Positions 8,287-17,463 of a stretch of 64,000 bases of DNA are shown one piece after another. Both the position numbers and the translations under genes were made by a program. The stretch comes from Coprothermobacterota bacterium (GTDB taxonomy: Bacteria; Coprothermobacterota; Coprothermobacteria; Coprothermobacterales; Coprothermobacteraceae), in NCBI GenBank assembly GCA_036679065.1, contig JAZIGN010000003.1:32001-96000 (forward strand), given 5' to 3'. The notes under the pieces were generated by a model. That model was not told the DNA's origin. It did not search any database and saw only the letters and a list, made by a program, of their open reading frames with translations. How positions within the stretch are numbered: position 1 is the first letter of the stretch; every line of letters begins with the position of its first letter.

Positions 8287-9690
8287 TCATTGTTGGCGTG
8301 AATATGGCGCGTTTGTGGCGCCTTTGGCGTGAATATGGCGCGTTAACACATAGGCTGCCCCTTTACCAGTTGCACTTGTACGAGACAGTATTCCTAATGA
8401 GACCATTAGTCCTAAGTCTCTTGTGGCGGTACGTGCAGATACACCTGTAATTTCCTGATATTCTCTGTTTGTTATGATACCCCTCTCTTTTACATAGACT
8501 ACACCTTTTATCTGCCTATCACTTAAACCTTTTCTCCTTAAATTTTCTTCGTTGTATATGTCTTTAAAAAATTGAACCGTAAAGCTCCCTAAACCAGCTT
8601 CTTTCACTGAGAAAACAGGCTCAGGCAAACCCTGCTCAGTGCACAACTTCACCATTTTTGAAGTCCCTGTACCCCATTTCTCGATTAATCCAGCAAAGTA
8701 AAAAGCGTCAGCCAAAAGTGGGTTTCGGTGCACAGTATCATGGGCTTCTTTTTTCAAATCGTCCGTCGTCAATGGAGGCAAAAGCTTCCCAGGATTGCTG
8801 AACCAAATTTCGTCATCGAAAATTCTTATAAGAATGGGAGAGGTGTAATCTGCATAGTCTCTATGTACCAAGGCGTTAATCAACGCTTCTCTTAAAGCAT
8901 CCAACGGATAATCCCATATTTCTCTGCGCCGAGTTCCTTCAAGTGTAAGTTCAGTAACCGATGTATCAAATTTCACGTTCAAGTGCTTTTTTATTACTTC
9001 AAGTGTACCATCCAGCTGTTGAAGCAGGTTCCCCTTTATATCCACCGAGTCTAATATAGTTGTTCCATCCTTGAACCGGCCGACTCTTGTGTAAGCACTT
9101 ATGAAATAGTTTTGCGGCTCTTTGCCAAAGAGTAACACGCAAGCTCTAGTAAGCTTACCATCCAGTGTTAACAGTTTTGTTTTCCTTAGCAGTGTCTCAA
9201 CACTTTCATTTACAGCGTATGGAACACGTTCCTTGTTTAGAAGAGACTTCCACTTCTCTATAGTCTGAAAGTTCGAATCTTCCAGTGTGCCTTCAACAGG
9301 TAAGCTGTCCCAAGATCTCCCGGTTTTCTCAATTAAAAAACTGTTCAATTCGGGCCCAGTAAGTTCTTGGGTAGTACTGCCTGACCTTCTAAAGAACTTA
9401 CCATCAAAATTCACTGGCTGTTCGGATCTCGTTACATCTATTCGAATGACAATCTTTCCATCCTTGCGTTCGTCAATAACTTGGGGCGTTATACCCAACT
9501 TGCTCCTTATTTTGTTAGGTATATCTTGAAGAAGTTTCTTTGCATCTTCCTGAGGAACGCCGACAATATCCCCATTGTCTTTAACTCCCACATAGAGAAT
9601 CCCACCATCATTATTCGCAAAGCTAGCTATCACCTTGAGGTATTCGTCCCTCCAGCTCTCCTTGAACTCAACTTTGTCATTCTCCATCAT
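8287..9690 (-). CDS. Schlafen/AlbA_2 domain + GHKL-like (HATPase_c_4) + C-terminal winged-HTH protein
   Basis: ENDKVEFK...FANNDGG.LYVGV (AlbA_2); EALINALVHRDY, NPG, RNP, EKWGTG (ATP-binding domain); ITNREYQEITGVSARTATRDL (HTH). Confidence 0.88.
   Translation of the reverse strand: MMENDKVEFKESWRDEYLKVIASFANNDGGILYVGVKDNGDIVGVPQEDAKKLLQDIPNKIRSKLGITPQVIDERKDGKIVIRIDVTRSEQPVNFDGKFFRRSGSTTQELTGPELNSFLIEKTGRSWDSLPVEGTLEDSNFQTIEKWKSLLNKERVPYAVNESVETLLRKTKLLTLDGKLTRACVLLFGKEPQNYFISAYTRVGRFKDGTTILDSVDIKGNLLQQLDGTLEVIKKHLNVKFDTSVTELTLEGTRRREIWDYPLDALREALINALVHRDYADYTSPILIRIFDDEIWFSNPGKLLPPLTTDDLKKEAHDTVHRNPLLADAFYFAGLIEKWGTGTSKMVKLCTEQGLPEPVFSVKEAGLGSFTVQFFKDIYNEENLRRKGLSDRQIKGVVYVKERGIITNREYQEITGVSARTATRDLGLMVSLGILSRTSATGKGAAYVLTRHIHAKGATNAPYSRQQ
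8293..8344. repeat. perfect 21-bp direct repeat, two copies, 31-bp period
   Basis: TTGGCGTGAATATGGCGCGTT at 8293-8313 and 8324-8344. Confidence 0.9.
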
Positions 9691-11207
9691 GATCCCAAAA
9701 GCTCCTCAAGAATGGCTTGTAGCTTGCGGTCAGCCTCCTGCCGTTCTTCTTCTGCTTCTTTAAGCTCCAGCACTGCTTCGTCCAGCGGTAAAACCTCATC
9801 GTTGTTGTTTTGAGACACATAGCGCGATGGGCTTAAGTTGTAGTCGTTTTTGGCAATGTTGTCCAGGGAAACAATCTTGCTTATGCCTTCCTCCTCACGC
9901 CAATTGTGGTAAATACTGGACACAAGCTCAATGGTGGAGTCGGGCAAGTAGTTCTTGGGTCTGCCTTTTTCAAAAAGCTTGGAAGCGTTCACAAGAAGCA
10001 CTTGTGAGCTGCGTTCCTGCGCCTTGTTCTTATTGATGACCAAAATAATGCCAGGTGCACTGGTGTTGTAGAACAGGTTTTCCGGCAGAAGAATGACAGC
10101 CTCCACAAGGTCTCTTTCCACGAATTGCTTTCTTATGTCACGTTCACGGTTAGAACCACTGGTGCCCGAACCACGGGAAACCGAACCCGTATCCAGAACC
10201 ACAGCCATTCTGCCATGGTCTTTAAGCGAAGCATGCATGTGCTGGACCCAGCCCCAATCAGCAGAGCTGGAAGGAGGAAAGCCGAAGGCGAACCGCCCGA
10301 AGGTGTCGTTTTCGTAAGTGCTCTGAGGGAAATCTTGGTTCCACATGGGGTTAGAAACCACAATGTCAAACTTTCTCAGTGAACCACGTTCATCCAAAAA
10401 TGCTGGCCGGTTCATGGTATCACCCAGTGCAATTTCCGCTTCCATGTTGTGAATGAACACGTTCATGTTGGCCATGGCATATGTGCTGGCAAGGATTTCC
10501 TGACCAAAGAACTTAAGCGGTCTCACTTTGGGGTCGTCATCATAACGCTCTCTGAACAGCAGATGGCACTTTATAAGCAAACCACCTGAGCCCACGCAGG
10601 GATCGCAAATCTCCTCACCCGGTTGTGGGTTCACAATGTGCGCCATGAGAACACCCACTTCACTGGGGGTGTAAAACTCACCAGCACTTTGCCCACTTCC
10701 TTCAGCGAACTTCCTAAGCAGGTATTCATAGGCTCTCCCAAGAATGTCGGGCTCCACATCTTTGAGCCCGAGTCGGTGTTTGCTGATGGTGTCAACAAGC
10801 ATCTTAAGTCGCTCTTCACTTATAACACGCTGGCCAGCTGTGGTGGCATTGAAGTCAACAATGTCAATGACCCCTTGCAGTTTTGGATTTTCGCGAGCCA
10901 CGGCCCTGACTGCGTCAGTAAGGTATTCGCCCAAGTTTCGGCTCTGCTTCACGATGTTCTCCCAGCGGGCCTCAGGTGGAATGTAAAACCGCACCACGTC
11001 ATGGTCCTCTTCCACCAGCATTTGTGCAGTTTCGTAACTGCCCATTTTTTCGGCAAAGGCGGCCACTTCATCTTCAAACACGTCGGATATTCTTTTCAGG
11101 AAAATGAGCGGAAGTATGTAATCCTTGTACTTTGGAGCATCAATTTCCCCTCTGATCTTACATGCGGCTTCCCACAGCCACGATTCCAAGGTTTTCACAT
11201 CAAGCAT
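9687..11207 (-). CDS. hsdM: Type I restriction-modification N6-adenine methyltransferase subunit M
   Basis: LWEAACKIRG N-terminus, GEFYTP, SAM-binding DPCVGSGG, catalytic SNPMW, C-terminal YNLSPSRYV. Confidence 0.95.
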   Translation of the reverse strand: MLDVKTLESWLWEAACKIRGEIDAPKYKDYILPLIFLKRISDVFEDEVAAFAEKMGSYETAQMLVEEDHDVVRFYIPPEARWENIVKQSRNLGEYLTDAVRAVARENPKLQGVIDIVDFNATTAGQRVISEERLKMLVDTISKHRLGLKDVEPDILGRAYEYLLRKFAEGSGQSAGEFYTPSEVGVLMAHIVNPQPGEEICDPCVGSGGLLIKCHLLFRERYDDDPKVRPLKFFGQEILASTYAMANMNVFIHNMEAEIALGDTMNRPAFLDERGSLRKFDIVVSNPMWNQDFPQSTYENDTFGRFAFGFPPSSSADWGWVQHMHASLKDHGRMAVVLDTGSVSRGSGTSGSNRERDIRKQFVERDLVEAVILLPENLFYNTSAPGIILVINKNKAQERSSQVLLVNASKLFEKGRPKNYLPDSTIELVSSIYHNWREEEGISKIVSLDNIAKNDYNLSPSRYVSQNNNDEVLPLDEAVLELKEAEEERQEADRKLQAILEELLGS

Positions 11208-11425
11208 GCCGTTGGCACCCCTTTTTCTTCAAATAAAGGCAAGAGATGAAAGCACTTTTTCTTCCTTTTAGAACATATTAATACGGAAAGCGTTATTGGT
11301 ATGCTGCTCAACAGGAAAGACGGACTAAAATGACATATTAAGCACATGTGAACCACGGCACAACTGCGACGAGAAATGTGATCATGGTGCGTCAATGGAG
11401 TACTTTTTCACAGTAGAATACATGT

Positions 11426-12925
11426 GTGCGCATATTAGGAAGAAGTAAAAGGTCACAAACAAAGAGGCTGGGGGTAATAGGTGGACTTTTGGTAATCAGC
11501 TTGTTAATAGCTGTACTGGGCACACCAAAGCTGGTAGCTGGAGCCCCAAATGGAAACGATCGCGGAGTCCTCATACTTTGTTTTCACGAGATTGGTTCTG
11601 CGGGCCTGAAAGCGCCATCAGCTCAGAAAGCTCTTTATCTTCCACCACTGGCATTCGAAAAGATTGTCAGGTACTTAAAGCAAAACGGCTACACCTTCAT
11701 GACGCTTTCCCAGGTGCATGACCAATGGGCCTCTGATAAGGACTTGCCCAACAAGACCGTGGCCATAACCTTTGATGATGGATACGAAAGCGTATACACC
11801 TACGCGCTGCCCATCGCAAAGAAATACAAGGTTCCCTTCACTGACTTCATCATTGCAGGAGATGTGAACGTACCGGGACACCTAACGGAAGAACAACTAA
11901 GAGACATGCTAAGCACGGGCTTGGTGGAAATCGGCAGTCACACCTTTGACCACTACAACTTGAAGTACTTAAGCAGGGAAGAGCAGGAAAAACAAATCAG
12001 TAGCAGCATTCAATACTTGGAGAGGATTTTACCCGGCTACAAAATCACATCCTTTGCGCTGCCCTACGGGCAGTACAACGATGAGACCAAAGAGGCTTTA
12101 GCAAAATACGGCATAACCATGGATGTGACAACTCAATTTGGCATAGCACACAAGGGTGATGACTGGCTCTTACTGCCCAGAGTTTACATAAACGCTCTTC
12201 CTGCCTACGTTTACTACAGACTGGGAACCGAAATGATCACGAGAAGAATTGAGAACATCATGGCAGGTAAACTCACAGGAGAAGCTGATGGACCACCAGC
12301 CTGTGCCTTATTTGAAGACAGATTCGTAAACTGTGACCAAGTGGTTTCCTTCGTTGGGGGAAAAGCTCCGTACCAGGTGCGTGTTATATCCAGAACACCC
12401 AGTGTGATACCAGACCTTACATTGACAACCACAAAGAATTACGTTCTTGTGCCCTTTAGCCCTACTGAGGAGCTGGCCAAAAGCTCAGGTACTCACTACT
12501 CATTCAGTTTCACCGTCACCGATGCGAAAGGAGCCATCATTAACGGACAGAAGGAGATCACACTGGTAAGCCCTCTTAGCGTGAAGTTCGTAAATGCACC
12601 CGAGGAAGTTTACACCACGAGAAACACGGTCACCTTCACCGTAGACACACGCTCAGATACGTCAAGCATAGCAGATTTCTTCAATAAACCAACAGGTTAC
12701 CCTCCTTTGATAATACAGTGGCTCTTAGATGGTAAACAGATCATACCAGCTAAAACACTGGTTGACATCGGTAAAGAAACAATAGACATACCGGAATCAG
12801 GGGTTCACGTAGTCAGCGTGAAGGTCAAAGACAGCATGGGACAGGTGGCTACCGCTTCTAAGACCGTTTACATAACCGCGCCCACGCCCTTTTGGCCTGA
12901 CAGACATCTGTTCATAAGACTGTGA
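11426..12925 (+). CDS. membrane-anchored/secreted polysaccharide deacetylase with C-terminal Ig/PKD-like domains
   Basis: Basic plus hydrophobic N-terminus; TFDDG, GSHTFDH, ALPYG and LPRV NodB/PgaB-type motifs; beta-rich C-terminus. Confidence 0.82.
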   Translation: MRILGRSKRSQTKRLGVIGGLLVISLLIAVLGTPKLVAGAPNGNDRGVLILCFHEIGSAGLKAPSAQKALYLPPLAFEKIVRYLKQNGYTFMTLSQVHDQWASDKDLPNKTVAITFDDGYESVYTYALPIAKKYKVPFTDFIIAGDVNVPGHLTEEQLRDMLSTGLVEIGSHTFDHYNLKYLSREEQEKQISSSIQYLERILPGYKITSFALPYGQYNDETKEALAKYGITMDVTTQFGIAHKGDDWLLLPRVYINALPAYVYYRLGTEMITRRIENIMAGKLTGEADGPPACALFEDRFVNCDQVVSFVGGKAPYQVRVISRTPSVIPDLTLTTTKNYVLVPFSPTEELAKSSGTHYSFSFTVTDAKGAIINGQKEITLVSPLSVKFVNAPEEVYTTRNTVTFTVDTRSDTSSIADFFNKPTGYPPLIIQWLLDGKQIIPAKTLVDIGKETIDIPESGVHVVSVKVKDSMGQVATASKTVYITAPTPFWPDRHLFIRL

Positions 12926-12956
12926 AGAATTCTAATCCAAGAATTCCGTTGATGTT

Positions 12957-14216
12957 TTAGCGGAAGCCCGTGGCAATGTCTTTTCTGAAAAACATGCCAG
13001 GGAATGAAATTTTCTCTATCTCACTGTACGCTTTCTGCCGTGCTTCTTCGTAGCTTTTGCCAGTGGCGACCACACTTAGCACGCGACCCCCTGACGTTAC
13101 CACATTCCCCGTAGCGTCAAAAGTGGTTCCAGCGTGAAACACCAATGCGTCTCGAACGTTGCCCAAGCCATTTATGGGGAATCCAGTTTGGTAATGACCC
13201 GGATAACCCTTTGAGGCAGCCACCACGCAAACGCACTTTTCTTGTTTCCACTGCACCTGAACAGCACTTAAGTTCCCAATGCAGGTGCTCATCAGAAGCT
13301 GAGCAAGGTCGCTCTCCAAAAGCGGCATCATGGCTTGGGTCTCTGGGTCGCCAAAGCGCACGTTGAACTCAAGCACTTTTGGCCCTTCCTGAGTTAGCAT
13401 GAGCCCGGCATAGAGCACACCTGTATAGGGAATGCCTTCTTCCATTAGCCCACGCAGAACTGGTTTTATGATGGTTTCCAGAATATCCTCTTCCATGGCA
13501 CGGTCGATTAAAGGATGAGGACTGATACTGCCCATGCCACCGGTGTTTGGTCCCTGGTCGCCGTCAAAGGCACGCTTGTAGTCCATGGCAGTGCCCAAAA
13601 TGACAGCATCAGCACCGTTGCAAAGAGCAAATACGGAGGCCTCTGGTCCTTGAAGCAGTTCTTCCACTACCACTTTCTCACCGGCACTGCCGAAAACCCT
13701 TTCTTCCATGAGAGACTCCAGCGCCTGCACAGCCTCCTCGGTGCTGTGAGCAATGACAACGCCCTTACCCTGAGCTAAGCCATCGGCTTTCACTACCAAA
13801 GGGCACTCTGTTGTTTTTACATAGTTAATAGCATCATCCAAGCTTGAAAACACCTCAAACTGGGCAGTGGGTACGTGGCAGCGTTTCATGAGGTTCTTTG
13901 CAAACACCTTGCTGCCTTCGAGCAGGGCTGCAGCCTTTGAAGGACCAAAAATGGTCAATCCTGCCTCCTTAAAACCATCCACGATGCCTGCCATGAGTGG
14001 CACTTCGGGGCCAACCACAGTTAAATCAATGCTCTTTTCCAAGGCAAAGGATCTAAGCTTTTCCACATCCGTGGGGGCAACATTCACCAGCTCTGCTATT
14101 TGGGCAATGCCTGCATTGCCGGGTGCGCAGTAAATCTTTTGACCCAACGGGCTTTGCTTTAGTTTGTAAACCAGCACATGTTCACGCCCACCACCACCAA
14201 TTACCAACACGTTCAT
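12957..14216 (-). CDS. purD: phosphoribosylamine-glycine ligase
   Basis: GGGGREH, VVGPE, KADGLAQGKGV, GPNTGGMG, RFGDPE. Confidence 0.97.
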   Translation of the reverse strand: MNVLVIGGGGREHVLVYKLKQSPLGQKIYCAPGNAGIAQIAELVNVAPTDVEKLRSFALEKSIDLTVVGPEVPLMAGIVDGFKEAGLTIFGPSKAAALLEGSKVFAKNLMKRCHVPTAQFEVFSSLDDAINYVKTTECPLVVKADGLAQGKGVVIAHSTEEAVQALESLMEERVFGSAGEKVVVEELLQGPEASVFALCNGADAVILGTAMDYKRAFDGDQGPNTGGMGSISPHPLIDRAMEEDILETIIKPVLRGLMEEGIPYTGVLYAGLMLTQEGPKVLEFNVRFGDPETQAMMPLLESDLAQLLMSTCIGNLSAVQVQWKQEKCVCVVAASKGYPGHYQTGFPINGLGNVRDALVFHAGTTFDATGNVVTSGGRVLSVVATGKSYEEARQKAYSEIEKISFPGMFFRKDIATGFR

Positions 14217-14251
14217 GCGAAGTGCACTTCCCTTCTCTTCCCATGCATGTG

Positions 14252-15793
14252 TCAATGCCTGAAATGCCGGATGTGGGTAAATACCATGGCAATGTTGTAG
14301 CTGTTAGCAGCATCGATGCATTCCTGATCCCGTTTAGAGCCGCCCGGTTGAATAATGGCGGTTATGCCAGCTTTGGCAGCCAATTCCACGGAGTCACTGA
14401 AGGGAAAGAAACCGTCGGAAGCCAAAACAGCACCACGAGCCTTTTCACCAGCCTGTTTGATGGCAATCTCCACAGCCCCCACACGGTTAACCTGCCCAGC
14501 ACCCAAGCCAATTGTTCCGCCATTTTTTGCTAATGCGATGGCGTTGGAGCTTAAATGCTTCACCACTTTCCAAGCAAAACGCAGGTCCGCCATCTCCTCA
14601 GGTGTGGGCGCCTTGTTTGTAACCACAGTCAGCTCTTTTTCATCCAAATCCTGAAGGTCCTTGTCCTGCAGAAGAACGCCACCTTCCACGCGTTTAATGT
14701 CAAAACCACTGGCAGTGGAAAGGTTTACCTTGAGCAGTCGGAGGTTTTTCTTCTTTTGAAGCACATCCAGTGCTTCTGGGGTGAACTCGGGGGCCACAAT
14801 GACCTCCAAGAACTGCTTAGACATTTCCAAAGCCGTAACTTCGTCCAACGTGTCGTTCACGCCCACAATGCCACCATAAATGGACACGGGGTCGCCTTCA
14901 TATGCCTTTTGGTAAGCCTCAAACAAGTTCTCACCCACTCCAACTCCGCAGGGATTGGCATGTTTCACTGCCACGGCACAGTGCACACCATAAAACTCTT
15001 GGAGTATTTCCAAAACAGCATTCACATCGTGCAGGTTGTTAAAGGAAAGTTCCTTACCCTGAAGCTGAACGTAATTTGCTAAGCCCGTTTTTGACAGTGG
15101 GTCTTTGTAGAAAGCCCCCTTTTGGTGAGGATTCTCTCCATAACGCAGTTCTTGTACTTTTTCAAAGGGCAGAACAATTTCATCAGGAAACAAGACCTTC
15201 GCTCCTCGGCTAAAATAGCTGCTTATGACAGCATCGTAGTAAGCCGTGTGGCGGAAAGCCTTCGCTGCCAAACGAAAACGTCTGCTGAGACTGGTTGAGC
15301 CACTATCCCGAAGCTCATCGAGTACGTCGGCGTAATCCTGTGGATCAACCAAAACGGTGACACTTTCCCAATTCTTTGCGGCTGCTCTTATGAGTGTGGG
15401 GCCTCCAATGTCAATGTTCTCAACGGCATCACCCATTGTGGCGTCTTCATCAAGAACAGTTTCCTTAAATGGGTAAAGGTTTACCACTACCAAATCGATG
15501 GGTTCGATGTTAAAGAGGGCAAGCTGAGCCATGTGATCTGCATTGTTTCTGTTTGCCAGAATGCCAGCATGAATAGCGGGATGAAGGGTTTTCACCCTGC
15601 CATCAAGAATCTCTGGAAAACCGGTAATGTCAGAAACCTTAACAGCGTCAACGCCGCTTTCCTTTAAAAGGCCATAGGTACCGCCTGTGGAGATGATTTC
15701 AAAACCAAGTCCTTGCAGTTCCCTGGCAAACTCCACCACACCTTCTTTTCTTGACACGCTTATGAGTGCTTTCCTCTTTTTCATCACTTTCAC
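14252..15793 (-). CDS. purH: bifunctional AICAR transformylase/IMP cyclohydrolase
   Basis: [40 protein letters not shown]. Confidence 0.97.
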   Translation of the reverse strand: MKVMKKRKALISVSRKEGVVEFARELQGLGFEIISTGGTYGLLKESGVDAVKVSDITGFPEILDGRVKTLHPAIHAGILANRNNADHMAQLALFNIEPIDLVVVNLYPFKETVLDEDATMGDAVENIDIGGPTLIRAAAKNWESVTVLVDPQDYADVLDELRDSGSTSLSRRFRLAAKAFRHTAYYDAVISSYFSRGAKVLFPDEIVLPFEKVQELRYGENPHQKGAFYKDPLSKTGLANYVQLQGKELSFNNLHDVNAVLEILQEFYGVHCAVAVKHANPCGVGVGENLFEAYQKAYEGDPVSIYGGIVGVNDTLDEVTALEMSKQFLEVIVAPEFTPEALDVLQKKKNLRLLKVNLSTASGFDIKRVEGGVLLQDKDLQDLDEKELTVVTNKAPTPEEMADLRFAWKVVKHLSSNAIALAKNGGTIGLGAGQVNRVGAVEIAIKQAGEKARGAVLASDGFFPFSDSVELAAKAGITAIIQPGGSKRDQECIDAANSYNIAMVFTHIRHFRH

Positions 15794-16437
15794 ACCTCGT
15801 TTCTTCCTTCTGAGCCTTCACTTGACGCTGGTAGTATGCGAACCCTCCTGCCTTCCAGCACCACTCTGCCTTCAGAAATGAGCTTTATGGCAGTGGGTAA
15901 AAGCCTATGCTCCACCTCCAGAACTTTCTCTGCAATGGTTTCGGGCGTGTCGTCATCATCCACCTTAACCACTTCTTGAAGGATGATGGGACCTGCATCT
16001 ACTCCCGCATCCACAAAATGTACCGTGCATCCGGTGTACTTTACTCCACTTTCGTAAACGGCTTCGTGCACTTTCATACCGTAGAATCCCTTACCACAAA
16101 AAGAGGGCAGGAGCGCCGGATGTATGTTGATGATCTTTTGTGGAAAACGTTCCACCACCTGTGGACCTAATATGGTCAGGAAGCCAGCCAGCACCACTAA
16201 ATCAGGACTGAGCATGGTTAAGAGGTTTAGCAAAGCCTCTTGAAACTCAGATTTCAAAACCTTCTTAGAAAGTACGTAAGTGGGAATACCGTGCTGTTTT
16301 GCTCGCTCCAGGGCATAGGCGTCTTCCTTGTCACTGATGACAGCCTGTATGTTCACTTTAAGCCAGCCTTCCTGAGTAGCATCAATGATGGACTGCAAAT
16401 CCGTGCCCCTGCCCGAAACTAGCACTACGATGTTCAC
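15790..16437 (-). CDS. purN: phosphoribosylglycinamide formyltransferase
   Basis: [29 protein letters not shown]. Confidence 0.96.
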   Translation of the reverse strand: MNIVVLVSGRGTDLQSIIDATQEGWLKVNIQAVISDKEDAYALERAKQHGIPTYVLSKKVLKSEFQEALLNLLTMLSPDLVVLAGFLTILGPQVVERFPQKIINIHPALLPSFCGKGFYGMKVHEAVYESGVKYTGCTVHFVDAGVDAGPIILQEVVKVDDDDTPETIAEKVLEVEHRLLPTAIKLISEGRVVLEGRRVRILPASSEGSEGRNEV

Positions 16438-17450
16438 GGCAAGATCACCTGACGTTCTCCAGCCACCACTTCACCAATGATTTGTGCATTGAAATCACCA
16501 GAGCTGTTAATCTTGTTTACGCAGTCATTGGCACGCTCCTCGGGAACAATGAGAACCATGCCAATGCCCATGTTGAAAGTGCGATACATTTCCACCAGGT
16601 CCACATTGCCCAGTTGTTGAATGAGTTTGAAAATGGGTGGCACAAACCAAGCGTCTCCATGCAGTTTCACAGCGGTGCCCTCTGGTAGAACTCGAGGCAG
16701 GTTCTCAAGAAGCCCTCCACCGGTTATGTGAGCAGCAGCCTTTATGGGCAAACCCTCAAGCTGCTCGAATGCGCGCACATAGATAAGCGTGGGTGTTAGA
16801 AGTTCCTCTCCCAAGGTTTTACCCAGCTCCGGCAGCTCGTCGCTAACATTGTAATGATGTTGCTCAAAGAGTATTTTTCTTACAAGGGAATATCCGTTGC
16901 TGTGAAGCCCCGAAGAAGCCAAACCGATTACGGCATCTCCCACAGAAACCGTTTCAGGGTTAAAAAGCTCGTCTTTTTCCGCAACCCCTACGCAAAAACC
17001 GGCCAAGTCGTACTCACCCTCTGGGTAAAAAGATGGCATCTCAGCAGTTTCACCACCCACTAAGGCACACTTGGCCATGGTGCAGCCCTGCGCAATGCCT
17101 TTTATCACATCCACTCCTATGTTTTCATCCAACTTACCGCAGGCAAAGTAATCCAAGAAAAACAGAGGCTTCGCTCCCGTGGTGATGACATCGTTTACAC
17201 ACATGGCAACCAAATCGATGCCCACTGTATCGTGCTTGTTCATCATGAATGCGATTTTCAGCTTGGTACCCACACCATCAGTGCCAGAGACCAAAACAGG
17301 ATTCTTGTAACCTTTTAGCTCCACCAAGGAAGCGAAGGGGCCAATGCCTTCCAAAACAAAATCGGTGAGTGTGGCTTGTGCCAGCGGTTTTATTTTCTCA
17401 ATGAAAAAATCCGCTTTGGAAATGTTTACTCCCGCATCCTCGTATTTCAT
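16434..17450 (-). CDS. purM: phosphoribosylformylglycinamidine cyclo-ligase (AIR synthase)
   Basis: YEDAGV, TDGVGTK, GGETAEMP, HSNGYS, HITGGG. Confidence 0.97.
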   Translation of the reverse strand: MKYEDAGVNISKADFFIEKIKPLAQATLTDFVLEGIGPFASLVELKGYKNPVLVSGTDGVGTKLKIAFMMNKHDTVGIDLVAMCVNDVITTGAKPLFFLDYFACGKLDENIGVDVIKGIAQGCTMAKCALVGGETAEMPSFYPEGEYDLAGFCVGVAEKDELFNPETVSVGDAVIGLASSGLHSNGYSLVRKILFEQHHYNVSDELPELGKTLGEELLTPTLIYVRAFEQLEGLPIKAAAHITGGGLLENLPRVLPEGTAVKLHGDAWFVPPIFKLIQQLGNVDLVEMYRTFNMGIGMVLIVPEERANDCVNKINSSGDFNAQIIGEVVAGERQVILP

Positions 17451-17463
17451 TACTTATTCACCT

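Noticed and set aside
8293..8344. 21-bp repeat pair as a mini-CRISPR
   Set aside because: Only two copies with a 10-bp repeat-like spacer, inside a CDS, and no cas genes.
10623..11249. 208-aa plus-strand ORF
   Set aside because: Antisense shadow of hsdM.
11195..11574. Short minus-strand ORFs upstream of hsdM as controller or integrase remnants
   Set aside because: No HTH or recombinase motifs and no SD; treated as promoter region.
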